Shown: one piece after another, positions 1 to 12,929 of the stretch | Position numbering within the stretch: the first letter of the stretch is position 1 | Layout of the letters: each line of letters opens with the position of its first letter | From: Macrostomum lignano | Taxonomy: Eukaryota | DNA: 64,000 nt | Assembly: GCA_002269645.1 (NCBI GenBank) | Contig: NIVC01001200.1 | Coordinates: forward strand, 248,001 to 312,000 | Direction of reading: 5' to 3' | Made by a program: the position numbers and the translations under genes | The notes under the pieces: generated by a model | What the model was told of the DNA's origin: nothing | Databases searched by the model: none | The model's input: only the letters and a program-made list of their open reading frames with translations

Positions 1-1292
1 TAGCAGTGCTGGGGACTATGACCCGGCCAGCGTAGCGGATTAGCATTTTTAGATCCCCATCCTAATTGAATCTCGGGCCAGGGGATTTCCAGGAAGAAGG
101 GTGGCAGGCGAATGGATTATTACTAACGGCCTGGGAAAAGGCCGCTTTTTTGCATGGCTGCCATCCACCGGTTCGCTGGCCTCGCAGCAAAATTTTATGA
201 GCACGAACCGCTGCAGGCAATGCGGCCTCTCACCTATTCTATCTTGAAAGGGAAACAGGCTGCTGCTGGAAGCGAGTCATCAATTATGAGCCACGAGGCC
301 GACCCGCTCGCGACCAGAAGTGGCCCTCAGGGCCAGCGGGCCAGCGAAAGTGCGCCTGCGTCTCAAGTTACGGCATAAAGCCGGTTGGATGGCCAACAGC
401 GCACAAGTGCCCCCCCCCCCCAACAACCCGAAAGGGATGGCTGCTAGCCGCCAGGACGAGAGCCGGTCAGGAGCCAAAATAAAGTCAAACAATGGACTAT
501 GGCTGCGAACCTGGCTGGGACCATGGAGGATGCTTTGGCAATACAAGCGATTTTTATTCATCATCAAAAGTAGGATTAATAAATAGGCAAAAGTCACGAA
601 AGCTAAAGTTTTACTTTCTTCCTAAAAGCTGCGCAGCATTAGTAGTTTGAAAAATGGCTGACACGTCTCTTCTTCCATACACAGTTAACACCATATTTTT
701 CAACTTCAGCGCTTTTGTGTCAGTCAAGCTGGTCAATCTGACATCTCTGTAGTCACAAAAGTTGCAAGATTTTTGTGCCAAGCATATTTTAATATTTTAG
801 GTAAATAGATGGTCAAGTAAGCTTGGACAATTGAAGACGGCAAAAATTATAAGGCAGGATTAAAAGCCACTATGACTTACAATGGAGTTTAACTTCTTGA
901 CAATTTCCATAAGTACAGGAAGCTTCAATGAAGAGCAGGTGGACTTGGTACAAAAAGTACACAGTGATTCTTTATAACTGAAGGGAAGCAAAAGTCGATA
1001 GGCCTAAGTTTCCAATTTATCGGAGTTCATTTCACCACTGACCGCTGATTGACCGACGGAAAGCTTTTCAGATCCTAGACCTTGATCGAGTCGATAATAT
1101 GGAAATGGAAATGGTTTTCTCAGTTAGTCTTTCTCATCTGTGTCTGAATCGAACTAAGAGGGCCGGGAGCCAACTATCGCATACGCTAAAAATAGCATAG
1201 CTTTAATGAGTCGGCCGCTGCACTCCACAGTCCAGCCAGCCTTCTGTGAAGGTCAATTTATGCAAGCTAGTAACTGAAAAGTTTGCAGCAAG

Positions 1293-1775
1293 ATGTGGAT
1301 TCAAGGCCAGATGGGCGCAACAGAAACTGATGTTTTCCATCAACAGATTCGAACCATCAAGTGGTTTTCACTATTAAGTGGGCAAAAACAAAGGGAAATG
1401 CAACTTCTGCACATCAACACGAGAGCGTACAGTGCAGTGCAACGGGATTTTTACTGGGTGGGCGATAACTGCATGCACTGCGTACGATCTGCTTCCAATC
1501 TGGTCGGAACGGAGTCGCTTGACCTACACGGCTTGTGCGCACAAATTGAACCGTTGCTGCAATCGATCAAAGCCACTTTTTGCAATACAGAAATGCTTGC
1601 CAGTCGATACACAGAGCTTTTGCATTCATTCTGTGTTGTTCCGAATGCCCGATTCTCCCACGCAAGAACGTGCTGGCCAGCTGCGATGGTGCCCCTCGCC
1701 ATCAGTCAGCAAGATGCACTTCTGTTCGCTACTCGTATTTCACGAGAGAAAAATCTTCAACCCAAAACTGACTGA
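1293..1775 (+). CDS. Possible coding exon or ORF of unknown function (160 aa); overlaps a second + frame ORF at 1378-1926
   Basis: Non-repetitive, mixed-composition ORF preceded by an acceptor-like tttgcag (1288). No family recognised and no gene model could be closed. Confidence 0.25.
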   Translation: MWIQGQMGATETDVFHQQIRTIKWFSLLSGQKQREMQLLHINTRAYSAVQRDFYWVGDNCMHCVRSASNLVGTESLDLHGLCAQIEPLLQSIKATFCNTEMLASRYTELLHSFCVVPNARFSHARTCWPAAMVPLAISQQDALLFATRISREKNLQPKTD

Positions 1776-2557
1776 CTTATCGCATTGCGACCAAACGGAA
1801 GATTATCTCAGCAGACGGACGTATCTTTCGTGGGGTTTAGAACTGGATATGGGATCACTTTGGCCTTCAATCCCGCACATTGCTAGCACAAGAAATAGAA
1901 ATCGACCTGGATTTAATAATGAATAATTCATTAACCAACGTGACAAACGCACTGAGATTTCCGACTACATGCTCTAATATTATGTGCGCGGCCATAATCA
2001 CCTGATCTACTGAGCAGTACTTTGATAACGTCAAAAATTATAGGAGGTAATTCTGTTAAAAGGAAAATATATATAACGACGACTATAGAAGTTTTATTAA
2101 AAACCAAATCAAGTTTTGCAGAGCAGATAACATACATTATATATATGATACATAAAATAGCTTACGCTCGTGGTTACTAGAATCGCGTTTTATTAACTTT
2201 AAGCAGTTTAACGTTGGCTGAATAGACTAAATAATCCATAAAAATTGATAATCCTAAAAAATTATTGTCAAAATATGGTTGCATCTGAGGAGAAAATATG
2301 GAAAGGCTTTTAGATTATGTTGTACTCAGACCAGATTAATTAACGGAGGGAAAACGCGGCTCGAGTGACACAGAAATACATGTACAAGCAGACGATGAAG
2401 TGTGCCAGTAAAATAGTCATTATAAGGGAAGACACAATGAGCTCAGTTGATATGATCCTGGTCGGGATGCCAGAGCACAGATAGTCTAATTGTATAAACA
2501 ACTAAGCAACGCTCGCTTATTTAGCACACTTGTACATGCAAATACAAAACATTTCAG

Positions 2558-5500
2558 TTAACGACCTCTTGAATCGACTGCTTTCAGATAGTCGCAGACA
2601 ATCTGACTACACTCCATAATATCCAATGGGGAGGTAAACGTAAACTGCATTTTGCGGTAGCAAGAAGACTTTGACATGCTGGTGACCAAGAAAAAGTTGT
2701 AATTCTGACCGCCAAAAGCGACAAGGTCAACAAGATTCACCTGCTCAATTACACTCTGCTCGTTTGCGTCAAAGATGTGGATTGCCTGCTCAGATACAGC
2801 CAGCAGCAAATCTGTGCCTCGATAGAGATCAAAATCCACGCATCGGCAGGGGAAAAATCTTGCTCCGAGATGGTCCTGACCAGAAAGGGAGCCAATGTAG
2901 TTGCGGAGACACATCAACTTCGTCTTGGAACAATTCGCACCCCACTGTTCTAGTAGCATGAGCTTCAGGTGCATGACTCGATCCTCTTCCTGAGTCACCA
3001 CAAGTGGAAACAATTGCTTAATGAGAAGGCCGAGCGTTTGATCCTTGTGAATAATCTGTTTGTAATCACCCTTCAGAGCTTGGCAAAGGTGCGCGACTGT
3101 AATCAGAAGTGTCACCCCATCGACAGGATAGTAGCTGACGAGAAGGTCAAACTGGATTTGGTAGACGATGGCTTCTAATTCGACATCCATAAGTTCAGTA
3201 TCGAACAAGCTTAGCTGATAAGAGCGACATCGAAGATAGAAATCCACAGGAGTGCGACTTGGCCTGTCTTTTATAGACAAATGTGCGATCGAAGCTGGAC
3301 TAGACTTGACATCTTCAAATGTACTGATGCTTACTCCATTGTCACATTTGCTCAGAACATCACACACCTTCCATGTTGCATCTAAGTACACAAACGACTG
3401 ATTGTCCTTGACATAAATTGAGTAGACGACGTTTGGAGTCGAAGGAAGATCAAAAGCTGTGATTGCGGACCTGCAAAGATCGGCAACAGTTGATGAGCCG
3501 TGAAAGCCCACGACTTTGTAGGGCTTTCCGAGTAAAGAAACTGGAACACTAAACGGGTCAGAAACTGAAAATGGCTGCCTTAAAAGCATTGAGTTCACCT
3601 CTAAGGACGATGGCGGCTGAGATCGACCACCAAGTTCACGAGTCTTGTGAATGCAAGATTGACAGAAGCTGGCGAACTTGGCGACAAGAGCGTTGTTGCT
3701 TTTAAGCTGCTCATTTAGATAATATTCAGCAAATGAAAGGACTAAGTCCGATGGTAAAAACAGAGGCACAATTAGTGATAACAGCTGCCAAGACGACTGG
3801 ATCACCGCAGGAAGATCTGAATCCGCTATACGAGGTTGCTGGCTGCTGGCTGATATCGTCGATGTGCTTGAGTGTGCAGAGCAAAAAAGCTTGGGAGATG
3901 TGCACTTGAACTTTGACTTGCGCTCTTTTGGAGTCAGCTTCGACTTCGGCGAAGGAATGGTTTGCATCAAAAGCTGCAAATACAGTTCATCTTTCAAGAG
4001 AGGCAGGTCAAAACAGTGCAAACTTAGTCTTTTTACTAAATCTGCCTTTTCCATCGCGTTTGCTTCGGTTGATGGATATACATAAAGTAAAATGAGATGA
4101 AACAGTAGAATCGCCGAGTTGTTTAAATCAGATGGGAGCTTTGAAACTGGAGCTTCAATCAGCTGGTCTGAGTGACAAAAATTTCCATAAAACTCGTCGC
4201 TGATCAAGAGCGCAAGATGGTTTGAAAACGGTGAGCTTAGCCAAGACTGCCTTCTTGGCATCACCTTGCGGCTCGACTTTGGTGTCGGCGTTTTAGGAAC
4301 AGAAGGCGGCTCGGCAATAACTTTTGGTTCGATTCGACTCCCAATCTGCGTCAAAAGATGCCTCCACTTAATAAATTCGGATTCATCAGAGCAAATGAAA
4401 TATACTGGTTCCTTTTCTTTTGCTCGAATAGCCAAAGTCCGGCAATGAGAGTTAACTTCGCTGTAGTCTCCATCACTTTCAGAGGAGCTGCCACCACTTA
4501 CCTCGTAAATAATGCTGTTAGATAAATCTTTATTTCCCGTCGGTACGGAATCATTGTGACGCTTGTAGTACACCAAGAAGTGACCATACAATCGACAGTA
4601 AAACTTTTTACTATTTCCGCACTTGACTCGTTTTAGCCACCCCTTGTGCAGCAACTGACCGGAATTCCTTTGCACGATTAGTTCAGAGCTGTGACGCTTA
4701 ATAGCACCGATCATCGCATAATACCAGAGTGACCTCTCGCTTGTGGAGTCGCAACTCAAGTACAATGACTTTTCGGATCCTTTTACTTTTAGGTCAATGC
4801 CATAATCGTGCAGACTAGACCGGTTTACTAACTCAATGTCTTCTAGAGAGACGCATAGTTGGGCCTTCTGCTTTGCACCAGGCTTTGCTGGGTAGAACAA
4901 CAGGCTTTGAGTCGTCAATATGCACCAGAAACGTTTCCAAACTTTGAATTTTCCACTGAGCTTATTAACGAATCCATTTTTTATCACTTTTGATTCTGGC
5001 AAAGGATCATTTTGCAAAGGACCAGCGGCCAGTAAGACTGCAGCATTAGCGGAATCTCCTGTGGCGCTTGTATCATCGGGAGGTAGATAATAGTCCATGC
5101 TGACAGACGAGGCGCTGACTGCACTCTCTGACATTACAGATCGACCGTTTGGATCATTTTGAAAAGCGTTGTCGTATTCTGAGCTCTCACATTCAGAGTT
5201 ATCAAACTGGAGATCGATTGGATGCAACTGGACTAACCTAGCTGAGCCTTTGACACACGAATAGATGGGCAGAGCAGCAGTCAATGCCTTGATTTCTTGC
5301 TTACGCTCCGACGTAAAAACGATAGCCTCGTGAACACGCTTGGCCAAATCTTGTTTTAACAAACCCTTAATAGAAGACAAAACCTGGATGCTGGAATTAA
5401 GGGACCCAGGAATCATAGCTTGTCGTGAAGAAATCTGTTTAGTTTTGGAAGATGCCAGAATATCCGGAGAATCACGGACATTTCTCGCTGAAGAATCGCT

Positions 5501-7036
5501 GTTACTGCTGGCTCCTAGCAGAATGCGCTCCTCTGAGTTTTGAAGCTTGATAGGAGCAGCGGATGAGTGCACCAGGATCTTATCTTGCATAGGAGTGTTC
5601 GGTTCAGACAGGTTATCTCTTCCACTCTTGCTCACTGATCCCAATGGCGGCCGGTCTTGCTGCATGCCTTTTCGCAAGTGGCCAGGCTTTAGCATCGCTT
5701 TTCTGTGCTCCCGCACAGCCGGTTCAGTATGAAGCAGCGTTCGCTCAAAAGAGGAAGACAAATTGCCTTCTGACAGATCCCAGACAGGTCTGACGCCCGA
5801 TTCCTCACTAAGTTGATGCTTCAGTTGATAAGGAGGGTGTGCTCTTGGCTTTCCAAATACTCTATTCCTCAGAATTGGCTCATAGTCATCAGTTCCGCCA
5901 ATGCAATCATAAAGGGCTTCGGATGCACTCTCTTCTGGCGCCCTTTTCACCCCAGATGCTGAACTGCCTGGCTCGGCAGGAAGACTGTACAAAGTCTGGC
6001 CACTTTGAGTGCTTCCTTGCTGAAGGGTAGCAGCGGCACAACTTCTTGAGCTTCTATTGCTAGCTGAGCTGTCAATATATGGCTGCGGGTCAACTGAGGC
6101 CGGCAGAAATTGCTTGCGATTGATTCGCACTTTAGGCGGCGCGGGTTTGGTTGAGAATGCCTTTGTTTCACCAAAATCAGCGGAGGGCACGGTCATGCTG
6201 GCCGACGGACTCTCCATCTGATAGAACGTAGTGTTTGGACTGATGTAAAATTCCTGCATACCTATAGGGCCTCGCTCGAAGTCCTCGGAGGTCGATGCCA
6301 AAGCAGGCGATGACGTGTCCAGATTGGAGCTGGGAGTTACGCCGCTAACGCTACCGTCGGTGCTGGTAATTTGAGAGCCGCTACTGGAAGGTGAAGAGGC
6401 GTATGATATTCTTACCGTATCAACGGTGATATTATTTAGCACGAAATTCTCATAGGTTTCCGACAAGCTCGAATAGCAATCTAGAGAGCGTGGCGAGCTG
6501 TAGCTTTTTCTGAAATCACTATTGGTGGTACCGCTACTGTTAGATGTGTCCTTCGGCCCGGCAGAGGCTGACAGCAGTCGCTTCGGATCGTTCAAGTCGG
6601 ACTCGCTGTAGCTGTTGCGCGATAACGACTTACTGAGCCGGTGCGTACCGGGTAGAAGCGTTTCCTGAGTCTTTTCACTCAGCTTCTTCTGGCTGTTGAC
6701 AGCTTGTAACTCGCGATTGATGGCCTCAGACAGACTGAGCACTTGCGAGCCGAGCTGCAGCAGACTCGAACGATAGAATGAGAGACGATTAAGGCGCTCG
6801 TGGTTGGGATTCAACTGGATGAACTCGAGTCGGGTCTCGATAGTAGAGCGCAGAAGGCGCAGACGTCTGGTGAGAATGAGAAATGCGCCAGGCGCGTTGT
6901 GCAACAGATCGCTGTAAGAGGCAGCCAATTCGTGCAGCTCCTGGCTAAGAGCGGCGATCACCAGCCTCTCATCAGGATTCAATTGGCCGAGAGGATCAGA
7001 TTGGGCCGAGGATTCCGGACCGCCCGTCTCAGACAT
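2558..7036 (-). CDS. PLEKHH1: PLEKHH1/2 (MAX-1)-like protein: coiled coil, two PH domains, MyTH4, FERM; single coding exon, 1492 aa
   Basis: PH1 KNGFVNKLSGKFKVWKRFWCIL; PH2 HKGWLKRVKCGNSKKFYCRLYG; MyTH4 LKDELYLQLLMQT...SWQLLSL...GGRSQPPSSLEVNSML; FERM entry RQPFSVSDPFSVPVSLLGKPYKVVGFHGSSTV, resembling PLEKHH1 RNPFHHSLPFSIPVHF...VVGFDGSSTV. AATAAA on the - strand at 2189-2194. The PLEKHH1 versus PLEKHH2 assignment is not resolvable. Confidence 0.9.
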   Translation of the reverse strand: MSETGGPESSAQSDPLGQLNPDERLVIAALSQELHELAASYSDLLHNAPGAFLILTRRLRLLRSTIETRLEFIQLNPNHERLNRLSFYRSSLLQLGSQVLSLSEAINRELQAVNSQKKLSEKTQETLLPGTHRLSKSLSRNSYSESDLNDPKRLLSASAGPKDTSNSSGTTNSDFRKSYSSPRSLDCYSSLSETYENFVLNNITVDTVRISYASSPSSSGSQITSTDGSVSGVTPSSNLDTSSPALASTSEDFERGPIGMQEFYISPNTTFYQMESPSASMTVPSADFGETKAFSTKPAPPKVRINRKQFLPASVDPQPYIDSSASNRSSRSCAAATLQQGSTQSGQTLYSLPAEPGSSASGVKRAPEESASEALYDCIGGTDDYEPILRNRVFGKPRAHPPYQLKHQLSEESGVRPVWDLSEGNLSSSFERTLLHTEPAVREHRKAMLKPGHLRKGMQQDRPPLGSVSKSGRDNLSEPNTPMQDKILVHSSAAPIKLQNSEERILLGASSNSDSSARNVRDSPDILASSKTKQISSRQAMIPGSLNSSIQVLSSIKGLLKQDLAKRVHEAIVFTSERKQEIKALTAALPIYSCVKGSARLVQLHPIDLQFDNSECESSEYDNAFQNDPNGRSVMSESAVSASSVSMDYYLPPDDTSATGDSANAAVLLAAGPLQNDPLPESKVIKNGFVNKLSGKFKVWKRFWCILTTQSLLFYPAKPGAKQKAQLCVSLEDIELVNRSSLHDYGIDLKVKGSEKSLYLSCDSTSERSLWYYAMIGAIKRHSSELIVQRNSGQLLHKGWLKRVKCGNSKKFYCRLYGHFLVYYKRHNDSVPTGNKDLSNSIIYEVSGGSSSESDGDYSEVNSHCRTLAIRAKEKEPVYFICSDESEFIKWRHLLTQIGSRIEPKVIAEPPSVPKTPTPKSSRKVMPRRQSWLSSPFSNHLALLISDEFYGNFCHSDQLIEAPVSKLPSDLNNSAILLFHLILLYVYPSTEANAMEKADLVKRLSLHCFDLPLLKDELYLQLLMQTIPSPKSKLTPKERKSKFKCTSPKLFCSAHSSTSTISASSQQPRIADSDLPAVIQSSWQLLSLIVPLFLPSDLVLSFAEYYLNEQLKSNNALVAKFASFCQSCIHKTRELGGRSQPPSSLEVNSMLLRQPFSVSDPFSVPVSLLGKPYKVVGFHGSSTVADLCRSAITAFDLPSTPNVVYSIYVKDNQSFVYLDATWKVCDVLSKCDNGVSISTFEDVKSSPASIAHLSIKDRPSRTPVDFYLRCRSYQLSLFDTELMDVELEAIVYQIQFDLLVSYYPVDGVTLLITVAHLCQALKGDYKQIIHKDQTLGLLIKQLFPLVVTQEEDRVMHLKLMLLEQWGANCSKTKLMCLRNYIGSLSGQDHLGARFFPCRCVDFDLYRGTDLLLAVSEQAIHIFDANEQSVIEQVNLVDLVAFGGQNYNFFLVTSMSKSSCYRKMQFTFTSPLDIMECSQIVCDYLKAVDSRGR

Positions 7037-10000
7037 TCAGCGCGTCGGATGAGATCAAACAATACTGGAGCTCGGAGTCGATCGTAGTCAGTGTCTGGGG
7101 GGATTAGCGCAGATCTCTGACCCTTAAGGGCCAATGCAACGCGTCTAATGAAATGCTACCCGCAGAGGGCAGAGCGGAGCCGATAATAACTGAGTCGATA
7201 GCCGCCTGGCCCCAGAGGAGGCGAGACCGGCAGTCATGTGGCAGCTGGATGGTCAGGTCCAGAATCCAGGATTGGAGCGCGGATGTAGCGAAAACTGCAG
7301 CAGACTGAGCCCTCGGCTTCCCTAAGGCAGGCAGAGGCCGCGGCAATCTGTTCCACTGCACGTGTCTCGTCGAATGAAACGCTTTAAAACAGCCGCGGTC
7401 TGGTAGCCAAACCAGCTGGTCGCTGCTAACTTGCTAAGACTGGCACTTCTCTCTAGTACATGGGCCAGAAAAGGCCAAAAACACAGGACAGAACGAAGAC
7501 CCTGCTTGTCGATGGGGAAAATATGAGCCTATGGGGATTACAGGGTACAGGGGAGAAACGCAAACGATTGGAAGGGTGTGGCGTGGGAGAAGAAGATACG
7601 CTGCGATGGGATAACTTAGCCTTTCTCACCGGTCCAATGAGGAAAAAGCTGGGATTTTTTGGATAGCCGGTTTTAGGAAAGATGTTGAAATCCTTTGAGG
7701 GATGCAGACGGCACTGGGTGCAATCATTGTTATGATTTCTCTGAACTTTCCCACATATATTTTATCTAACATTAACGTCACAGAAAATTTTGTCCTTTTA
7801 TTTTCTTTTCCCCCAGATATTAAGTTTAGCGAGGCCAAAACATAGTACAAAGGCAGACTGCAGCCAAGCATTTTTAATCCAAGTCAAGCATTAAGTCGAA
7901 CATACGCTGTACTAAGAGCATTTCCTCTACTAAGATAGCAGCTAAAGACCTACAAGATGAGACCGAATAGACGCTAAGGGGCTTGTGAGCATAGGCACTC
8001 TAATGACAGCCCTAATTAGGAAAGCAGATGGGAGAGAGTGGCAAACAGGAAAAAAACCTCGGCCACCGGTCGAACGAGGCAAACTTTATGCCCGCGAAGG
8101 GGAAGAGGACCGAACGCCAGGAAGATGGCAAAGTTGCCAAAGCCGATGCCAAGCGGCGCTAGGAGGCTGCGCACTCACTGCCGTCTCATCATAGACAGAA
8201 ACGGGCGCACAGTGGTGGAAAATCAGATGCAAGGGGCCAGACAGCAGCCAGTCAAACGAGGGAGAAAATCCAGTTGGCAAAGGATCTCGGCTGGCAAATT
8301 GAAGCAATCGGAATTTCCAGCGGGATTTTCGCAAGTGAGAAAACTGCCAGGTCGGCTGCAGTGGCCCAAAAAATGATTTGCTTTGCTGCCAGATCAAATT
8401 GCGATTCGCGCAGCCGCTCTGCATCTTTCTATCCAGTATCAGGAGCGGGCGGGTTCTGTCTGGATTTCTTAATTCAAGGCAATTTCTTGAGGCTCGGCCT
8501 GCAATGAGCCAGCCAGCACAGAGGCCGGGCCTCATTCGCATGACACCGAGGGCAGCAGACAGTGTAGTGAAATTCAAAACCCACACAGTTCGACAGAGTC
8601 TGTGTGACAAGGCCGCCTATTTTCCTTATCGTAGCACTCGCAGATGCAGAGGGCGATGCACTAATTATGCATTAGGAGAGACAGGGAGCTGCATTCCTTT
8701 CTTATTAGCTGCCTGGCTGCATCTCCAAATGGGATTATAAGCCGCGTGGGTTTTTACACAAAAAATTGATTCTATGCATGACATGATAACGAATTTTGCC
8801 ACTGCCTTGAAATTTGGATGTGGATCGGCATCATGTGGATGTCACCACAGAAATATACAATTATATACACTTTCTACACAAAGCAATGTCAAGTTGTCAA
8901 GCATCAGGCAAACAAAGTATATAAAACTATTGCCAACAAGACTTGCTTTTAGTATGCCGAATTAGACAGACAAGAATACTTTAGACTTAAAAAATGCACT
9001 TGGCTACTAAAAGTAGGGATCTAAAACAGCAATGTGAAGAGAAACAAATATTTACTTGCAAGTGAAGTTACATGATGGCAAAATTAGAAAAAAAACAATT
9101 ATTAATAGATTGGCTAAACCAATAATTTCATTCTTTGGATATTGTTAACACACAGGGTGGGTGCACCATAGGTATAGGTCTTTTGTACATTTTTTGTACT
9201 TCTTGTCTAGATTTAATTCTATTTATTAGCTGTTTTGATATAGTCTACACAGATTTTATGATTTTAGAACAAAAAAGTCAAGGCTTCTATACCATGTACA
9301 CCCTAAGTATATCCTATATACTAAAATTCCTATTGTATATATATTTGCATATTTAGAAGTCAGTAGAATAGGCAAAATAGATTGTCTCCATTAGATGTAG
9401 GTTGATTATTACTCCAACTTGCAGCAATACTGGCAAAGCCTCCTACAAAAAATATGCTAATCTTTTAATATAATAAAAATAGGCATATAACTAAACTACA
9501 AGTCTTATATATTACAATACATCTTTACACTAGAAAAGAAAAAGCAAGATAGATAAAACAAAACTATATAAAAGAAACTTTATTACAAATTTAAAATGTT
9601 AATATACAATATTTATAAACTTGTTTTGTTTATTCTGATAAAATATTGGTTCTATATTATATCCAATTGATTGTTTTTATATCCTATAATTTTATTAAAT
9701 GTCAAACAAAAGACTTTTAGAACTAAAGATAGATACTAATTATTTATAATTCACTTAAAATCTATACCTATAATGAATATAAGATGTAAACTGAGACAAT
9801 TTTGAAGGAAAACATAAATTTATACATTAAAGATGGTTTGTTGATAGGCATCTAGGTCAATGATCAATTTTAGATCTATTAGAAATATAGTATATTTTTT
9901 ACTTAATTTATTGAGTAGACTAGAACATGTATTATATAGCACAATATATTTTAAGAAAAAATATTCACAGAAAGGGCTCTACTATTACTAAAGCATAGAT

Positions 10001-10566
10001 AAATTTTGTTCTAAACCTATTATAGGCCCCTCTAGTCCATAATAGTCAAGAAATTTATTTAAGCATATAGCTAATGCCTATATTTGGCTATAGTCCTATA
10101 ATATATAGGATATAGGATAATATCCTATAATATAGGATAATATATAGGACTATAATATCAAAGAATTTTTAGCCCTATACACAACACAAAAAGTTAGATC
10201 ATATTTGAATTATATATAAAGAAACTTCTACCCTATTTCAAATTACCTAATATTTTTATGTTCTAAATATTCTTAATAGATTAGACTAAAATTCAACAGC
10301 TAAAATAAAGAATAGGAAGTTTTATGGATGTAATAGAAGGGATTCAATAAATAGATCAAGTTGAATATAGAGGCTATTAGTCTATTACCATAATAGATGT
10401 ATTATAAAAAGGCAAATATTTTATTGTCCTTAGGTTTTTATTATTGCATATTATATATATATATATATACGAGCTATATACAATATTGACTATCTATCTA
10501 TGGCTTTATTACATAATAAAATTCTCCTAAAATATTATCTTTGACTTTGAAAGCATAGACTAGGCC

Positions 10567-11000
10567 CCACAGTCAGGAAGGTGGTAGATTTCACACAAAA
10601 TTGTGGTGCACACAGAGGATTTTTTGGCATACAAGGCACAAATGGCGCAGAAGAAAATTTATTGTACGCCATGTCTGCACATACTATATACAAAGTGTCT
10701 TACTTGGTGTAGTCTATACTATATCAACTTCTTAGTTCATATGTAAAAGATAAAACACAATAACAAACTTGCTTTTTTCAATTTAAAATGGCACAAGAAG
10801 GTTTTTTAAATTATGGTAACATTACATATGTACCTGAAAAAAGATTACAACAATCGTTGTTTTTTTTAAAACTCAAAACAAAAAATTAAAAAACACAAAA
10901 TTATATACGTAAATACATAAATTTTTTGACGCACGGCACACAGTTAAAAAAATTACAAAGGATTTGTTGCGGCGCACACGGCACACCTTTCTGACCATGG
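10567..11000. mobile_element. Non-autonomous DNA transposon (MITE), 434 bp, 9-bp TSD (Mutator-like by TSD length)
   Basis: Imperfect 17-bp TIR CCACAGTCAGGAAGGTG / CCATGGTCAGAAAGGTG (reverse complement). Direct repeat GACTAGGCC at 10558-10566 and 11001-11009. Confidence 0.75.
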
Positions 11001-12929
11001 ACTAGGCCTAGCATTTTTAAAGATAAAAGTATATTTATACTTGTCCTTAATTTCTAATACTAATTTAAAAAATAATCTAAATGGAATGGCTTAACTGCAA
11101 TGCTTTAAATATTAAACAGCAAAAATGAATACTAAAAAGGCTTATTGATAATTTGGTAATCTAATCTTTGGCCCAAATAATTGTCAATTGACAATTTTTT
11201 AACCTAATAATAATTATATCTAGGCTAGTACTATGTTAGGCTGATAGCAATGTGACACAGTACAAGAACACATACATCATTGAAAAATCTTTAAATCTCA
11301 TTAATTAAGTTTAAAAAATTATATAAAATAGAATTTTGGCATAACATGATAGCAATTTCCCTTACATTATAACAATGGCTAATAACCTGATAGGCACAAA
11401 TTGTGGATGCATTTAAAAAAGGCTTAGTTCAGTCATTCAGTGAAAGTAATTTTTTAGATTAATATACCAAGAAATAAAAACCTGCAAATTAGATGCTTAA
11501 AAAATTGCAAGCTATTAAATCTGCGTCACAAAGTCCTGTTTGTGCTATGCTACACGACGCGTGCGGCGTGCGTGCAGTGCACGTGGGTAACCCTGAAAAT
11601 ATTTAAATCAGCGCGCTTTGTTTCTAGGAACACTGTACGCGATCGATTCACTACAGTTGTCCTCGGAGATTTTTTCTTCGCTCACTGTTTAGACCTATCA
11701 ATTCTTCATTTTGCTTTCGAACAAATTCCTGCTGAAAATATAAGATTTCTAATATTAAAAGCGCTTATAAAAAAGAAGCCTGGAAAGAGACAAGTAAATT
11801 TTAATTCGCGGTTAATTTTTCTAAACTGGAGTCTGTTTTTAAGTTGTCAGGTAATTATTTTTTAATTTGGTTTTGAAAAAAATTGTTTCTTGATGCAAGT
11901 CAATATCTCAGAAATGCTCAGCAGAAAGTTGCTATGGAAATTCCATACAAGAGTAAACTTGTCTGTACACTTAGGCCTGAATGTAGTGCATGTAGAGCTA
12001 AAATATCTACGAGTACATGAGCACATAAACAGGCACCGGAGCACATACTTTATCACTGCTGTTCGCTTATTTAAAAATGTTCTAAAAAATTTATAGAGCA
12101 ACCGGGTTTTGACACAATTCAGTTAAATGTCACTGTCAGCATAACTGGCTTCATTGGTAAAAACTGCAGCGTGTATACGTAATCGTATATTTAATATCAA
12201 TTTTTTCGATACATTTTAAAAATGAAACAGCATAATTCGGCTAAATATGCGTGTTACAAAGACAATCGATGTACAAGGATAAAATATGTTTGGAGATTTA
12301 ATAAAACTCATCAACTAATGGCCAAAACGGCGAAAGTTAGCGGTTAGTCTGAGAAAAGCTACGTAACATACATGAAGGGCACCTACATGTACACTGATTT
12401 AAAAAAATACTTAAAAACGTTAGCATGCAAAACGAGTTCTCAAGTAGCAATCTATACACTTGAAATCTAAAGCTAATTGTGTTGGCAGAAAATGCAACCG
12501 GGCAGGTTGGGGGTTTCAGATCAGAAAATCATTTTTATCAGGCCAGATTAGTTTAGTAAAATAAAACAAGAATATTAAATAAAATCAGGACATGAGTGTA
12601 GGAATGCAATTCATCTGATTGAAGTGAGCAGGATTTGACAATTTAAACAATAAAGAATGCGATAAAATATCAAATATCGCGTTTTGCTACCTAAATAAGA
12701 CAAAATTAGCTCAGTTGTGCATTTAATGAAACAGTTTGGTCAATGCGATAATTTGACTGTTACGATAACCTGCGATTGTTAGGCACGACGAAAGCATGGC
12801 TAAATTAAATATAAGCTTTAACAATTAGTCTGATTAGATTGGCAGAGGCTACAGTCGATTAGTTTTATTAGACTAATACTAGGGTTCAATCTCACTCACT
12901 TTGGAGGACTTGTTGAAACCCGATACATG

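Noticed and set aside
154-597. Short ORFs at the window start and at 7985-8740
   Set aside because: No recognisable domain or consistent splice model; probably UTR or regulatory GC-rich DNA.
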